From Proteromonas lacertae (Eukaryota), in the NCBI GenBank assembly GCA_002245135.1, contig NGBS01001160.1, forward strand, positions 558,001 through 622,000: a stretch of 64,000 nt of DNA. The letters run 5' to 3'. Below the pieces are notes generated by a model. It searched no databases. It had not been told where the DNA came from and was given only the letters and a program-made list of their open reading frames with translations. The translations under genes and the position numbers were made by a program. This document shows positions 13,007-27,700 of this stretch, piece by piece. The number at the start of each line of letters is the position of its first letter. Positions within the stretch are counted from its first letter, which is position 1.

Positions 13007-14674
13007 GTGAAAAAAGAAATTATTGCAATTAATAATCCATTTAGTTTAAAAATTCAAATAGATCACTTAACTGAGTGTGATTCGCCCATTTTCTTAATGC
13101 AGTTCTTAAATTCAAACATCGAAGTTGCTGGTTTCACTTCAAATAGCGCAATATTATTCAAATCTCTATGCGAATTGGTTGAAAACGCTATTGACGCATG
13201 TAAAGACAAAGATGAGGGATTGATAAGGGTAGTTATAGAGAATGTGGATAATGAAGGTCATTTTAAATTGACTGTTACTGATAATGGTAGGCTTTACATC
13301 CTGTTACACTGATTAGGAGTTGGAATGAGTCCTACAAACGCCATAAAGCTATGCACAACCGTTTTTGAGTCATCCAAATCATCAAATGACAGTGGCAACT
13401 TCGGTAAGTATGGAATTGGATTAAAAGCTTCCCAAATGTACGAATTAGTGTTTTATATGTCATTAGAGCTTCAGGAGGCTTACTGTCAGTAGTTACTACA
13501 GAAAAGGGAAGTAGTAAGATAGTAAATTTCAATGTATACTATGACAAAGACGAAAAATGTTATAGAATGAGGAATTATCGAATCCTACCTAAACAACAGA
13601 TAGATTTCTCAGGTACTGAAATAAGAATCAGTCCAATCATTGGTAATGTCACATCTATAAACTTAATAAAGCAATATATATTGTTATTTAAAATGATTCC
13701 ACATTCATATTCATTATGCCTAAATATCAACACTGAGAGTGAAAATAGCGAGGTTGTGATTGAAAAATCTAATATATTATTACAACAATCAATATCTAGA
13801 TTTTTTGGAATTTCTGAAAAAGAAGTCGTTACTGTTCAAGGTAATTCATATGACAATAAAAGAGTGACTATTACCAATACAATATTACACTCTACTGAAC
13901 CAGTTACTCAATGTGAGGTTAGAATTTATAGATACTGTAATTCTATACCTTTAATGCTTAAATACCACACTGGATTGATATATCAATCATTTATGAATAT
14001 TCCATGGCATAATTATGGTTTACATAGAATTACTCTAAATTCCAGTGATGATGATAATCCATTCATTTCATTTAACGCTAAGTTTGATAGTCCTACTAAT
14101 ATATCCATGTTAATATTTGTATTTAATATTGAGAATAATATACAAAATAATGATGAGAATGATAATAATAATAATTATATCAAATTTACAGATCTTCAAA
14201 AAACATCAATTTTAAATACAAAGGAGTTCAATGAACATGTTCAATCATGTATTATAAGATTAATAGACAGCTCTAAACATTTGGATCCAGTATTATATCA
14301 TTCTAAATGCGATATTACAATGATATCCTTTTTTATATTTTTATTCATCTTAATGACATTATTTTCTTTAATTTTTATTTTACCCATTGCTATTTAGTCA
14401 GTATATTCCTGCAGTGTCACATAGTGTAAGTTCGATTATTATGTCTTCAAAGAATGAGGCATTTAGACAGCAGTGTATGGAATATATCAACAGATTGGGA
14501 GGAGGTACAAGCAGAAATTTACCAGAAATAATTCAACAATCGTTATTACAGCTATTAAAATACAAAGACACTTCTAAAATGGAAGAGGAAGTTGTTGAAA
14601 ATGATAATGAAAAAACTAATGGGAAGAATAGTGAGTGTGAACCATCTAAAAAGAGAAGAAAGTTAAGAAATTAG
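13007..14674 (+). CDS. DNA topoisomerase VI subunit B / TopoVIB-like protein (GHKL plus transducer); start uncertain
   Basis: NIEVAGF..ELVENAIDA (N-box), TDNG|GVGM, GNFGKYGIGLK, GTEIRI, YRYCNSIPL, FTDLQKTSI, YIPAVSHS; two GT-AG introns (about 13287-13316 and 13438-13466) and one AT-AC intron. Confidence 0.85.
14323..14383 (+). other. U12-type AT-AC intron (61 nt) in the TopoVIB-like gene
   Basis: 5' ATATCCTTT, branch-like TTTCTTTAAT 11 nt before the terminal AC; removal joins ..DITM|PLLFSQYIP.. in frame. Confidence 0.85.
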
Positions 14675-14819
14675 TTTTTACATAATTTTTAATCGATCAC
14701 CTCTATTCATTTTAACAATGTGTGTTTCAAAACAAAAAGTCGTTTTTGTGGTAAATATTTTTTTAATTACCGTTTTTTGGTAATTTAATAAACACAATTA
14801 ACATATTAGGTATTTACAT

Positions 14820-17800
14820 ATGAAAAACAATACTTTGCCATTCATTCACAAAGATAAAGGCTGGTAAATACCAAAAATTAGGAAGAGATGTATCATACGA
14901 AAATGCTACATGGTTTTCAAGGTTATTGTTTAGTTGGATAAAACCAGTATTGAATATTGGTAATGAAAGAACATTGATATTTGATGATTTGCCAGAACTT
15001 CCGTATTTCAAATTCTTTATATATTCATAGAGATGATAAAATGGCAAATGTTGTAAAAGAGAAGTTTAAAGAGAATTGGAATGAAGAAATTAAAAAAGAA
15101 AAGTATTCTCTCTACTTTGTTATATTTGTGATATAGACCTTCTCTTATTCGCGCATTATGGAATTCGTTTAAAAAAGATTATATAATAGGCGGCTCAATC
15201 AAAATGTTTATGAACTTTTTCACATTACTGAATCCAACTGCTCTGAATTTACTACTTAATTTTTTTCATGATCCATCGCAGCCATTAGTATACATAGAAT
15301 GTATTTTATTATATTGTAATAGTATAAAGGTTTTTTAATTGCTCTATCGCTGTTTCTTTTGACTATTGTAATGTCAATAATGAGAAATCAAGAAATGTAT
15401 TATTATTTTAAAGTTGAAATGATGATTAAATCGTCACTTATAACTTCAGTCTACGAAAAGTCATTAAAGATCTCCACAAAAGTTAAGAATGAGAATTATA
15501 CAACAGGTGAAATAACAAATATGATGGCTGTAGATGTAATTAAAATTCAAAGGTTTTGTAGATTATTAATCATGTTGATTAGTGCTCCAATAGAAATATT
15601 TTTAGCAGTGATGATGCTATATCTACAGTTGGGATGGTCTTGTTTAAGTGGATTAATAATAATAGTAATAATGATGCCAATTACAGGAGTTATAGCAAAG
15701 AAAATGAGAAAAATTCAAAAGAAAGTAATGGAAACAAAAGATATAAGAATTAAATCTACAAATGAAGTTTTGAATGGAATGAAGATAATAAAATTCCAAT
15801 CTTGGGAAGATTGTTTCAAAGATAGAATAAGTAATAATCGAAAAGATGAATTGAAGAATATAATTAAAAGAATATTAATTGGTTGTGTATCTTCGTCATT
15901 GTGGAATGGAACACCAGTTTTAGTTGGTGCTGCATCATTTGCATTTTATACAATTATGGGTAATAAGTTGACTGTTGCAAAAGCATTTACCAGTTTATCA
16001 TTATTTGATATGTTAACATTTCCCAATCGCAATGTTACCTATGTTAATAACTGGTATGGCAGAAATGAAGATCTCAATTAATAGGCTTGAAAAGTATTTT
16101 TTGAGTGAAGAAATAAAACCAATTATCTGAAGGTAAAATGAAAAATGTAGGAATTAAAATTAAAAAATGGAAGTTTTAATTGGTCAGATCAACATATTGC
16201 TGATAATCAATCATCTCCTGATTTAAGTCCAATTACCGAAATTCCAAATACATTAGAAAGAATAAATATAAATTTAGAAAGTCCGAATTTAGTAGCAATA
16301 GTAGGATCAGTGGGATGTGGAAAGACTTCTTTTTTAAGTTCAATTATTGGTGAAATTGAATGTGTCAAAGGTAAAGTTAGTTGTAAAGGAAGTGTTAGTT
16401 ATGTCAGTCAAACATCATTTATCTTAAATGAAACATTAAGAGATAATATATTATTTGGTAAAGAGTTTAATGAACATAAATATAAAGAAGTGTTATATGA
16501 TTGTGCTTTAGTTCCAGATTTAGATATTTTACCAAATCGTGATTTAACTGAAATAGGTGAAAAAGGTATTAATCTTAGTGGTGGTCAAAGAGCAAGAATC
16601 AGTTTAGCAAGAGCATTATACAGTGATAGTGATATTTATTTATTAGATGATCCTTTGAGTGCAGTTGATATTCATGTTGGTAAACATATATTCTATAATG
16701 CCATAAAGAAGAAGTTGAAGAATAAATTAGTGTTACTAGTTACAAATGCAATTGAGCATTTAGATGAAGTTGATAGAATAGTTGTATTAGAGAGTAATAC
16801 AATAGCTGAAGAAGGTACATATTCAGAATTAATGAACCATTCAAGAATATTTAAATCATTTATAAATGAATTGAAGATTAATAGATCAGAAAAAAAGAGT
16901 AAAGAAAAAAATCTAAAGGATGATGATATAATTGAGAAAAAATTAAGAAAGATTAGTAATGATTTAGATGTAAAAGAAGAAGAAGAAGAAGAAGAAAGAA
17001 AATCAATTGAAAAACTGGAATTAATTCGTAATAATGTAGATTGTATTGTATTAGGTGAGAATAAAAAAGAAAATGAATTAACAACAGTCGAAGGTAGAAA
17101 AGAAGGAAAAGTATCATGGTCAGTTTATAAAACATATATGAATAGTATTGGTGGAGTTTGTGTGTTTATATCTATATTGTTTTTATTTCTACTTGGAGAA
17201 ACGATTGTTGCTTTAAATCGTTATTGCTTAAGTAATTGGTCAAATGACATGGAAGATTCTATTCCAATCAATGAAACTACAATAGATCCAACTAATAATA
17301 ATTCAGACGATAGTAAAAATAAAACAATGTATTTCTTGGTAGTATATGTAGTGTTAAGTGTATTAAATGTGTTAACAATTGGATTAAGAACTTTTTGGTT
17401 AAAGTATAAAGCACTTAATTCAAGTCAAATACTTCATGATAATCTATTAGATACAATTCTACATTCACCAATGTCTTTTTTTGATGTTACTCCAATGGGA
17501 AGAATCTTAAACAGATTTAGTAAAGAGATTGATGTGGTTGATAATTCATTACCTGATACATTTTCAGTCATTTTTACTCAGTTATATAGAGTTATATCTA
17601 CATTTTCAGTTATTATTTTTGTTACTCCCTTTTTTATTCTAGTTATTGTACCAATGTATTTTATTTATAGATATATTCAGCAATTCTATATTACCTGTTC
17701 AAGAGAATTAAAAAGGCTTGAATCTATTACAAGTTCTCCAATATATGCTAATTTTAGTGAAACATTGCAAGGCATTCCTACAATAAGAGCATTTCGAGAT

Positions 17801-18889
17801 GAAAAAAGGTTTATAAAAAACAATGAAACGAAAGTGAATAATAATCTAAAATCATTTTATACAATGATGTGTGGTAATGCATGGTTAGGAATAAGATTAG
17901 AATTGTTAGGAAGTTTTATCATACTTTCTGCATCTGTATTAGCAATATTTAAACATTCTGATAAAGAATTTATTAAAGTTGCTGCATTATCATTGACTTA
18001 TGCATTAAGTATTACTAGAATAATGAATATGTTAGTAAGACAAATGAATGATGTAGAAACTAATATTATTTCTGTTGAAAGGATAGAAGAGTATATCAAC
18101 AACCCAAGAGAAAAACAATATTTGTCATCTAAACCAGTAGATTTACCAAAGAATTGGCCAGAAAATGGAGAAATTGAGTTGAAGAATGTTTCAATGAAAT
18201 ATAGAAGTGAATTAGATAATGTTCTTCGTAGTATCTGTTGTAAAATACCAAAACAGAATAAAATCGGTATTATTGGAAGAACAGGAAGTGGTAAAAGTTC
18301 ACTATTATTAGCTATATTGAGAATAGTTGAATGTGAAGGAGATATTTTGATTGATAATATCAATACAAAAGAAATAAATGTAAAGGATTTGAGAAGAAAA
18401 ATATCTGTTATACCTCAAGAGCCAGTGTTGTTTAGTGGAACAATAAGAAGTAACATTGATCCGTTTAATGAATATAGTGATGAAAAAGTGTGGGATGTAT
18501 TGAAATTATGTGAATTAAAACAAGTTGTTGATGATATGGGTGGATTAAGTGCAACTGTATATGAAAAGGGTGTTAATTTAAGTCAAGGACAACAACAGTT
18601 GATATGCATTGCTAGAGCAATGATAAGGAACAATAGAATTATTATTATGGATGAAGCAACATCTTCTGTTGATATTACTACAGATAATATAATTCAAACA
18701 TCAATTTCAAAAGTGTTTAATGAGAATACAGTTTTAACAATAGCTCATCGTTTAAACACCATTATTGAAAGTGATAAAGTGATGATATTAGATAATGGAG
18801 TTATTGTGGAATATGAAAAATCATCAGTTTTAAAATCCAATGAGAATAGTATGTTTCACAAATTATTGGAAGAGTTTAAAAAACAATAA
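14820..18889 (+). CDS. ABCC/MRP-type ABC transporter (TMD-NBD-TMD-NBD, no TMD0)
   Basis: ATWFSRLLFSWI lasso region; Walker A GSVGCGKT and GRTGSGKS; signature LSGGQ and LSQGQ; LLDDP, IMDEAT, TIAHRL; FFDVTPMGRILNRFS. Indels near 14830-14860 and 16020-16170. Confidence 0.93.
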
Positions 18890-18966
18890 CAAAATAATTT
18901 TCCTTTTTATTTTTCTTATTATTTTTAAAGATCATTTACTACTACATATTACATTAAAACTATTTT

Positions 18967-20164
18967 CTATATTGATGTATTCTTATTGTTTGGATGAAAC
19001 AATTCCTTTTCTAAAGCAGCTAAACCTTCATCAACCCTTTCAGTTAAATCATGATAGTATTGTCTTCTTCTTGCTCTTCTTTCTTCTCTTGTTTGACATT
19101 TTTGAATATCAATATTATATTGCTCAGTTAAATCACTATAAACAATTGGGTCTCCTACTTTAATAGTCACATCTTGATTTCTCTGAGGAAATATACTAAC
19201 TAATTGATTATCAGATTTGTGTGGTACAACTTGATCCATTCCTTTATGAAAAATTGGAATTACTATTGGTGGGGTTGGACTTTTAGCCATCATTTTCCCA
19301 ACACCCCATTTTAATGGTCCTAAATGTCTCCATGGTGGAGAAACTCTTCCACTGTCAGTATACCATCTTCCTAATTCATCACGTCTTGGACCTCCTGTTT
19401 CTTGTAATGTTCTTCCTTCTGGGAATATATGACACCAATCACCCTATATTATGAATATTATACATGATTAAAAATACATATCTTAACCTTTCCATATATT
19501 GTTCAAAACTATATTGACCTATTCCAGCTCCTCTTTTAACCGGAATTGTCTTACCTGCTGATAATAATGCTGCAAATGCATAATTTTTTGTTGAATAATA
19601 TTCTTCAGATATTAGAGACCATCTACAATCTTTAAAATGTAATGCAAAGGCTATAAATAGATATAAATACAACAATAATATATTAATAAAAATACATGGT
19701 CCTAATATTAATGCCAAAACACATGGATCATCTAATACTGATGTATGATTAGATACTGTTATTAATGGAGTATCTTCTTGTCTGAAATAAACTGCAGCTT
19801 TTAGTTTATCACCATCAATACTACATGATATTTGATTCTATGATATACATTTTTACATTTTCTAGAAAATTCAACCCATAATATGCTGCAAATACAACAG
19901 CACCTATTGTACAACCTCTAATTAATAGAATCACAACAAAAATACCCTATTATCTTTTCATAGAGTGGAAAATTTACATAGTCACCTTTTATAATAGCTG
20001 GAGTCTTTGTTCCTAAGGGTAATTCTTTTGAAATCTTGAATCTTCTCTTTGACCTAAAAATAAATAAAACTATGATATTACTCCATGTAATATGCACCAC
20101 CTAAAATGGTAATACCTCCATAAATAAACTTATGACTCCAAATGTGTCTAGCAACGAAAGCCAT
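18967..20164 (-). CDS. TAZ: Tafazzin-like phospholipid transacylase
   Basis: Spliced: PLITVSNHTSVLDDP (HxxxxD), GKTIPVKRGAGI, WCHIFPEGRT, LKWGVGKM, PIFHKGMDQVVP; ATG at 20164. Confidence 0.88.
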
Positions 20165-20336
20165 TTATAAAATCTATAGCAAAATGCATTAAACAATTGA
20201 AATGTACTACTTTAGAAACAAAACTCTTGTTATTCAATATAGAAAACAACAATACAATTACCAAGCTGTTAATTCTAAAGCTTGATAACTTTGTAACGAA
20301 TATATTTTTACAAATCAGTTTAAATATTTTTAAAAA

Positions 20337-21630
20337 ATGAGTGAAGAGGAGGGAGAAGATGGCTATGTTTTAAACTTAGATGTAGAAGATGATGAGAGAG
20401 GAGATGACTTTGATGAAGATATTGAAATAAAACCACTTCCTAGTAATGCTGATGAAGCTTTCTTTAGGGCATATATATCAAAATTAGAAGTTTCACACAT
20501 GCATTTGAGGCAACAGAATCAGTTCCTTAAAACAACAATCGAGAGTTATAAACAGGAATATGAAGATGCTGTTGAAAAACTAAACGATTTACAAATAAAA
20601 GTATAATAGATCGATATAATCCATGCTTATAGTTGAGCGATAAAGATGAAGAGTTTAATTTATATAAAATAATAAATAATACTATCTCAGATATACAGCT
20701 GGAGGAAATAAGAGGTGAATTACTTCCAAAAAGTTACAGAAGAAAAGCAACAAGTAGAAGAAAAGCTACTAACAGCAAACAAAAATATAGATGATTTGAG
20801 ATACAGAACAACTGAAGAAATCAACTCACTAAAAGAGAAAGTAAAAGCTACTGAGCAAGAACTCGATATAAAGTTGCAAGAAATAGAATCCTATAAAATA
20901 ATAAATGAAAATCGAGAGAATAATGATAGAATTGAAATTGAAAAACTAAATATCAATTTAGAAGAAATAAAGCAGAAATTAGATGAAAAAACAGAACAAT
21001 TTACTCTCTTAACTGATGAATATGAAGATTTAAAAAAGAAATATTTCATTACAGAGCAACAATATAATAATAACCAAACAGAGTTGGAAAAATGCCTTAA
21101 TTCTATTGATGAATTACAGAATGCAATACAGGAGAGAGAGGATGAAATAAATGAATTGTATATTTATAATATAGGCTATTATTATTATTATTTATAGAAA
21201 ACAGGAATGTGAGGATAAAAATAGTAAAATTAATGAATTTGAACAATATAATAATCATATAGGCAATAATGATAATGAAGAAACGATAGAACTGTATAAA
21301 GGTGAAATTGAAAGGCTAAAAAATGAAATAAATACAAAAAATGGTGAATATCAATATCAATTAGATTTTGCTAGAAAAGAAAAGGAGAGAATGATGGATG
21401 AAATGAAGAAAGACAGTGAAAATGAAATTGAATCGTTGAAAATGGAGATAGAAGCGAAATATCATGAACAAATAGAATCATTGGAATTACAATTGAAAAA
21501 TGCTATTGATAAATATAAGCTGAAGAAGAATCAGCTAAAAGAGAAGTTAAAAGAGCATTATACTAAAGAAATGATGGGAAAGATTGAGAATTTTATGGAA
21601 GAATATAAAAGAGCTACAGAATTAGAATAG
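20337..21630 (+). CDS. Coiled-coil protein of unknown function
   Basis: Acidic N-terminus followed by E/K/L-rich heptad ORFs joined by short introns; one apparent frameshift near 20723. Confidence 0.65.
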
Positions 21631-21737
21631 TAAATTATTGATTATTACTGTATTAAACTTTTTAATTGAGAATTACAAAAAAGTAGTTTGACATAAGCTT
21701 GAGATTTTTTTTCAAATTATTTTTTATTATAATCTAG

Positions 21738-24700
21738 ATGCTAATAGTCTTATTTTTCAGTCTTTTATTTTTTCATTTTATTTTGTGTTCTGATATAGAT
21801 CCTATGAATTATTCTGTAGGTGTTTTTACAAATACTTTACCAGATACACAATTAAGTAGTTCAATACAGTATATAAATGATATTATTAAAAAAACGTACA
21901 ACGTTTCAAAATATTCTCTGGTAGTAGAACTACTCACATTACCAGATAGTTGTAGCGACATTGTTAAAGCTTTTAATGTGGGGTACAATTCTTCAAATGG
22001 GGATATAATAAGATTATTTATCGGATTTTGGACAGATTCATCTTCATTACAATGCATTAGTGAATCTGTTGATATTGGTTATAACATAGTGAATCTTGCA
22101 ATGTCATACGAAGTATGTTCAACTTCAGTATATCATGCATATCATGTCCAAGAATTAATTTATACAAGTATTGTTTTTTATCATTAATTCAAAATAGGTT
22201 ATTTTATAGCTTCTAGGAATTTTCATCCTGTGTATGTTGTATATTATACTGCAATACATATTGATATATTCTTAAAAGCACATAAATTCATATATCGTTC
22301 AGATCCTTTAGGTGTGTTTTATTATGAAATTAAGAATGAAACTCAATTTACTCAATTGTCTGAATTGCGAAATAAGAAAGGTAATATAATATACTTTCTA
22401 GATTCATATCATTCAGGAATGAATGAGTTTATTGCATCTATTAAACCCTTCTATAATAGTGATGATTATACATTAATATTTATAGGATATGTAAATCAAA
22501 ATTTATTTTCATCAGAGCAAATTCAGTTTCTACAAGATGCTTATTTTGTTTCTTATTATTTCCATTCAATTGATAATAAGGAGAATAATAATTTCATCAA
22601 ACAAATGAACTTATCGCAAAAGAATTATAAATATATGTACGATACACTATCATTTTTATATCATACAATATTCATGTGGTATATGAATGAATTTAATGAA
22701 GTGCAATTGAAATATCCATCCTATTCATGGATTAACAGAATTAATATAGTGTATAATTCCGTCTATGGATTAACCTATTTGGATATTAGTAACTATTATC
22801 AACATCCAAGTTTTATTGGTCAATTAAAAGGTAATGACATTGTAATTGTATTAACAAAGAAAGATACTTCAACTGTATCTCCCTTCCTTGCTTCTCATGG
22901 AAGTACTGAATATTTTGTATGTGATATTATGAATAGTCCTTCAAAATATGATGTTCCTATTCAATATATATTATTGTTAACCAAAGCAAAGTATTACAGA
23001 CACTTTTTTATATCTTTATTATTATCATTACATTCTGATTTTGCTTTTCAACCAAGTCAGGTGTATTTATTCGCTTTAATCTGTTTTTATGAAAATGTAG
23101 AGGATATTCCAGATATGTACTTTAAATCCAACACAACTATTACTATTTTATCATATTCTGATTATAATTCAAGAAATAGTTTGATATTAAGAAATACCGA
23201 AAGAATTCAGTTATATGATTTGTCATTTCATGAAGGTGGATTGTGTTCAAGAGATTATGTTACTGTATAATAATATATTTATATATATATACGTTATATA
23301 GATGGGTGTTTCATTCAATACAGTTGCAACATTTATGGAGAATTCAGGTATAACAAAATTAAAGAAATATGTGTTTATTGTATCAAGTAATAATCCAGTT
23401 ACAATGAAAATAATGGATACTATGAAGGAACTAATTTCTGATGATATCGAATATTCTATTGTTGATGTATATGAAAATAGTTTTGAATTATTAAAGTCAG
23501 ATGCCTATATATCTTTATTACCACCAATAGAATCACTCTCACTTTATAGATCATCTCCTTATTTACAGAGTGAATATGCTATTTTTATTGTTATTTTAAT
23601 GGATGTAGAAGTTTTTTATGAAGCTTCATTTGAATATCACAATATTTTTGCATTTCATTATTTTTTTGGTGCAAATGATGCTAATGAATATGAATCAAGT
23701 GTATTTGCTACTGGAAAATATGGAATTACTGATTATTATTTAGAATCATCATGTGCATATCAATATTTAGTTTCATTTGACGCTTTTAATGAAGTTCAAG
23801 CTAATGATGTGCTATTAAGTTGTATGTTAGGTAAAGTGAGTATATTTTCGAATTATTTAAGCGCACCTACTGCTTTAACTTTATACAAGGATGGTGAATA
23901 TTCTGTGGCTTATAAATTAACAGTCTCTACACAATTTTATCATCAAATACCAAATCATGATTCATTCGTTATATGTCATTGGAATACTGAAAATTCTGTT
24001 TATAATACAATTAATTATATTGGCTTTATTAAACCAGATTCCTCAGTTTATACTATGAATATGATTTCAGATGCAAGAACAATTATATGGATTTTTAATT
24101 CGGAATATGGAGGAATAATGGGAAATCCATTATCTTTAACTGTTATTCCTTATTTTAACAAAAGTGAATCATTATATGAAATATTACTGAATCACACCGA
24201 TATAGCTTTCTTTTTAACACCATATTTTGAAGAATTGTTAGAATTAGAAAGAGAAACTAAGGAATCTACTCATTTATCCAATTCAGCGGATAATATGTTA
24301 ATAGCAATATTAGATTTTACAACAGGTAGTGTATGTAATTCAATGTTTCTTACTTTTGGTGTTTCTATTCATCAAATTTTATATCCAACTCTTACCTCAT
24401 TAGCTTTAAAAACTGACTCTCTTTTGCTGATTGGATTACCAAAATCGTTTGCTGAAGGAGTTATTGATACATTTTTATTTTATTGTGAAGCTTACTTTCT
24501 GGATTGTTCTACATTAGTTGTGGATAGATTTGATATAAAGAATGAAACTTTCTTTTATACTTTGAATGATTATATCAAGAAAAACAATACGTATATCATC
24601 AATGGATTTTTTTATGAAGATTCTCGAGTTTTAATACCATATCTATCAGATGAATTAAAGAATACAAGTTATGTAGTTAATTTAGTGTCAATATTTTTAA

Positions 24701-27700
24701 ACAGAAATATATTGAACTTATTTGATACATACATTGAAAATTTAAATCATCTTCTGTTTGAAACAGTTCCTGATGGTATCGAACAGTATTTATTGGAGAA
24801 ATATTATAAACCAGCTTATCCAAATGACACAATAGTCCCAACAATTGTGCATACATGGATTGCTGTTTATAATTTCAAATTAGCAGCTGAATATGTTGTA
24901 TCATTAAACATATCCGTACTTTTTCCAAAACTATTAACACTTGTTAATTTTAGAGAACAACAACAGAAACTAGATAATATCTATTCACATTTTTCACAAG
25001 TTGTTCAATACAATAGGCAAACATCCAGTTATGATATAGAATATCGAATTCTTTTCTCATTGTCAAATGTCTTTACATTGAATTATCATGATAAATATAG
25101 TAATATATATTATGCATGTGCAATTAAAAGCTATAAATCAGAAGAAGTTGTATCAAACATAGCTATTCATGTTGTATTAATAAGTACAGTCATTACTTCA
25201 AGAGAAAAGGGAGTAATTCCAAGAATATCTCAAATGGTAAGTATAATTGAGGTAAATCAAAACTCAGTATTAATAAGTGGAATTCAGTATATATCACCAA
25301 TATTTTTGAATGTTATTAGTCCAATTAAATACACAGATGTATCTATTTTTGTTTATAAAATCAGAAAAGAATATGGAATTATAGTTTCACATATATTTGG
25401 TAGATATTATGGTGATATTTTTTTACATAACTGTAATGATGAAAATGCAACTGATTTATATTACCAATATCCACTTATATATTGGAATCCACTTTTTTAT
25501 ACTGGTTGTGAGTGTATATGTAGTTCAGTGTATATATGTTATTGTTATTATTATATTATTATAGTGTATATATTGGTTTATCAGCAAGGCAGTTGCTTCA
25601 ATATCCTCTATCTTATATGTTTGCTACAAAATCTACATATATTTCCATTATTTATAAAGACATTCCTGAAATATTACCATATTATGAATTGGCTAAATCG
25701 TTTATTGCTTTGTATCGTGCAACACTGTGCACATCAGTTAAATTGAGTGATACTTTTACACAAAAAGATATAGAAAGATCATTCTTCAATATAATAGAGA
25801 AAATGACAAATGGAGGTATTATATTGAACTTACTATTTGATGATGATTCATCCTATTTATATGATGTTTTATACGAACATATACCAAGAAATAAAAATAA
25901 AAATGATAAGAGAATTGAAGATTATTACATATATTCACCAGGGAATACTCCTCTAACGAACAATACGATTATAGCAGGTCATTTTGATGAAATGGAGTAT
26001 TTCATTGATCCGAAATTAGTGCTTAATGAATCATCAATATTTGCTTCAACCTATATCAATTTACATTTTAGTAGTACAAGTGAACAGATGTTATTTTTTG
26101 ATGTTTATTTATCATTCAAAATCTTTGAGTTTTTCTTATCAAGCTTTCAAGTGAATAATGTTACTTTCGTTATGAAGAATATCCCAAATATTACATTAGA
26201 TAATTTCTTTGAAAGAACATTCATTGTAAATAATGATAGGCAAATAGAAAGAACAACATCTTTAGCTAGATATGAAATGTATAATATATTAATATAATAT
26301 AATATAATGTTATTTAGAGATGGAATTCATACTGAAGTTACTTTCAATAGAACAATCTCGTCAATGTTAACTCCATCAGTTTTATCATTAAATGATGATA
26401 ATAAATATTCAAAGTTTTTAATTCCGATAGGATTTTATTATAATACAACAAATAAATTTTTGTCCTATAATGATCATGTTACAATCAACTCTTTATTGTA
26501 TTTGATAGATTATTCAAATTACTTTCAAAACAATTCTTTTTATTTTATTCCAGTTTTCCCTCCAGATCGAACAGATATTCAACAGAATCTTGAATATTTT
26601 AGAAGAAATAATGTTAGTCATATTTTTTTCTTCTCTTCTAATGATGATTATAGAGATCTTTTAAATTTGATCAATGACTATTCCGATGTTGTATTTCATT
26701 TCATATATAAAGAATATTTATCTCCAACATGTTTACCAAATGCATTATATTATTCAGATACAAATATTTCTTATGTATTTTTATAATATTTTATTATGTT
26801 TATAGATTGATTTTTCTCTTGATTTTTTATGTGCGAATGCTGATCTGTACTTCTATTTGTTTTATGTAGATAGTGATGAGTATATTGAATTTGTATCAAG
26901 AGAAATATATTATTTGGGAGGATATTTGATAGATTTCAACATGATAGAATTAGATAATAATTATGACGATATCTCACCTCAAATGATAAGTAATTATGAA
27001 TCGCTAATAAAAAAAGCTATAACAATTCTTCCCTCAAATGGTATCTTCTATATAATAGGAGATAATCGTATTATGCCATTTCTAAAGATATTATTTGAAA
27101 TGTATTGCAGAATAAATAAGCCTTTCTCATTTTTCATTTATGGTGTTAATATAAAATATATATTTGATAATATGCCAATAATAGCTAAACCTATTATGTT
27201 TTATACAATAGGAAATGATATAACTGATTTTAGGAATTATTTTCCATCTTATCATTTTGAAATTGATAATTATTTAGATCCACCTGTTGTAGAAGTATTT
27301 TATGCATTAACAATAATCGTGAAAGTATACGATGATATAAAAGAACAGTACAATGCTAGTGATTTTATGAAAAATGCTTTTAATACAACAGTGTATAACC
27401 TCAGCTTCAATAGCATCCACTACTTCTCACAAAAATTATCAATTTATAAAGTAACAATAACAGAAGATTATAATAACACAGTTGAAAATGTATTTTCTCC
27501 AAACATCATTCGTAAACACATCCCAATCTATGATTATAATATAGATAATTCATTATGTGTTTGGGAAAATGTGAAAGGTACAACAATCACAATTGGTTTG
27601 GTGTTTTCTTTTTCAGGAAATAAACAAGTAGTTGATATTGAAATGTATTTGAATAGTATGGTTTATTTAACGGATAAGAATTTAAATCCAATATTCATAG

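Noticed and set aside
16120..16170. In-frame TGA/TAA in ABCC as evidence for a non-standard genetic code
   Set aside because: They lie in a cluster of indels. TAA, TAG and TGA all terminate genes elsewhere, and long ORFs of up to 2076 aa are stop-free.
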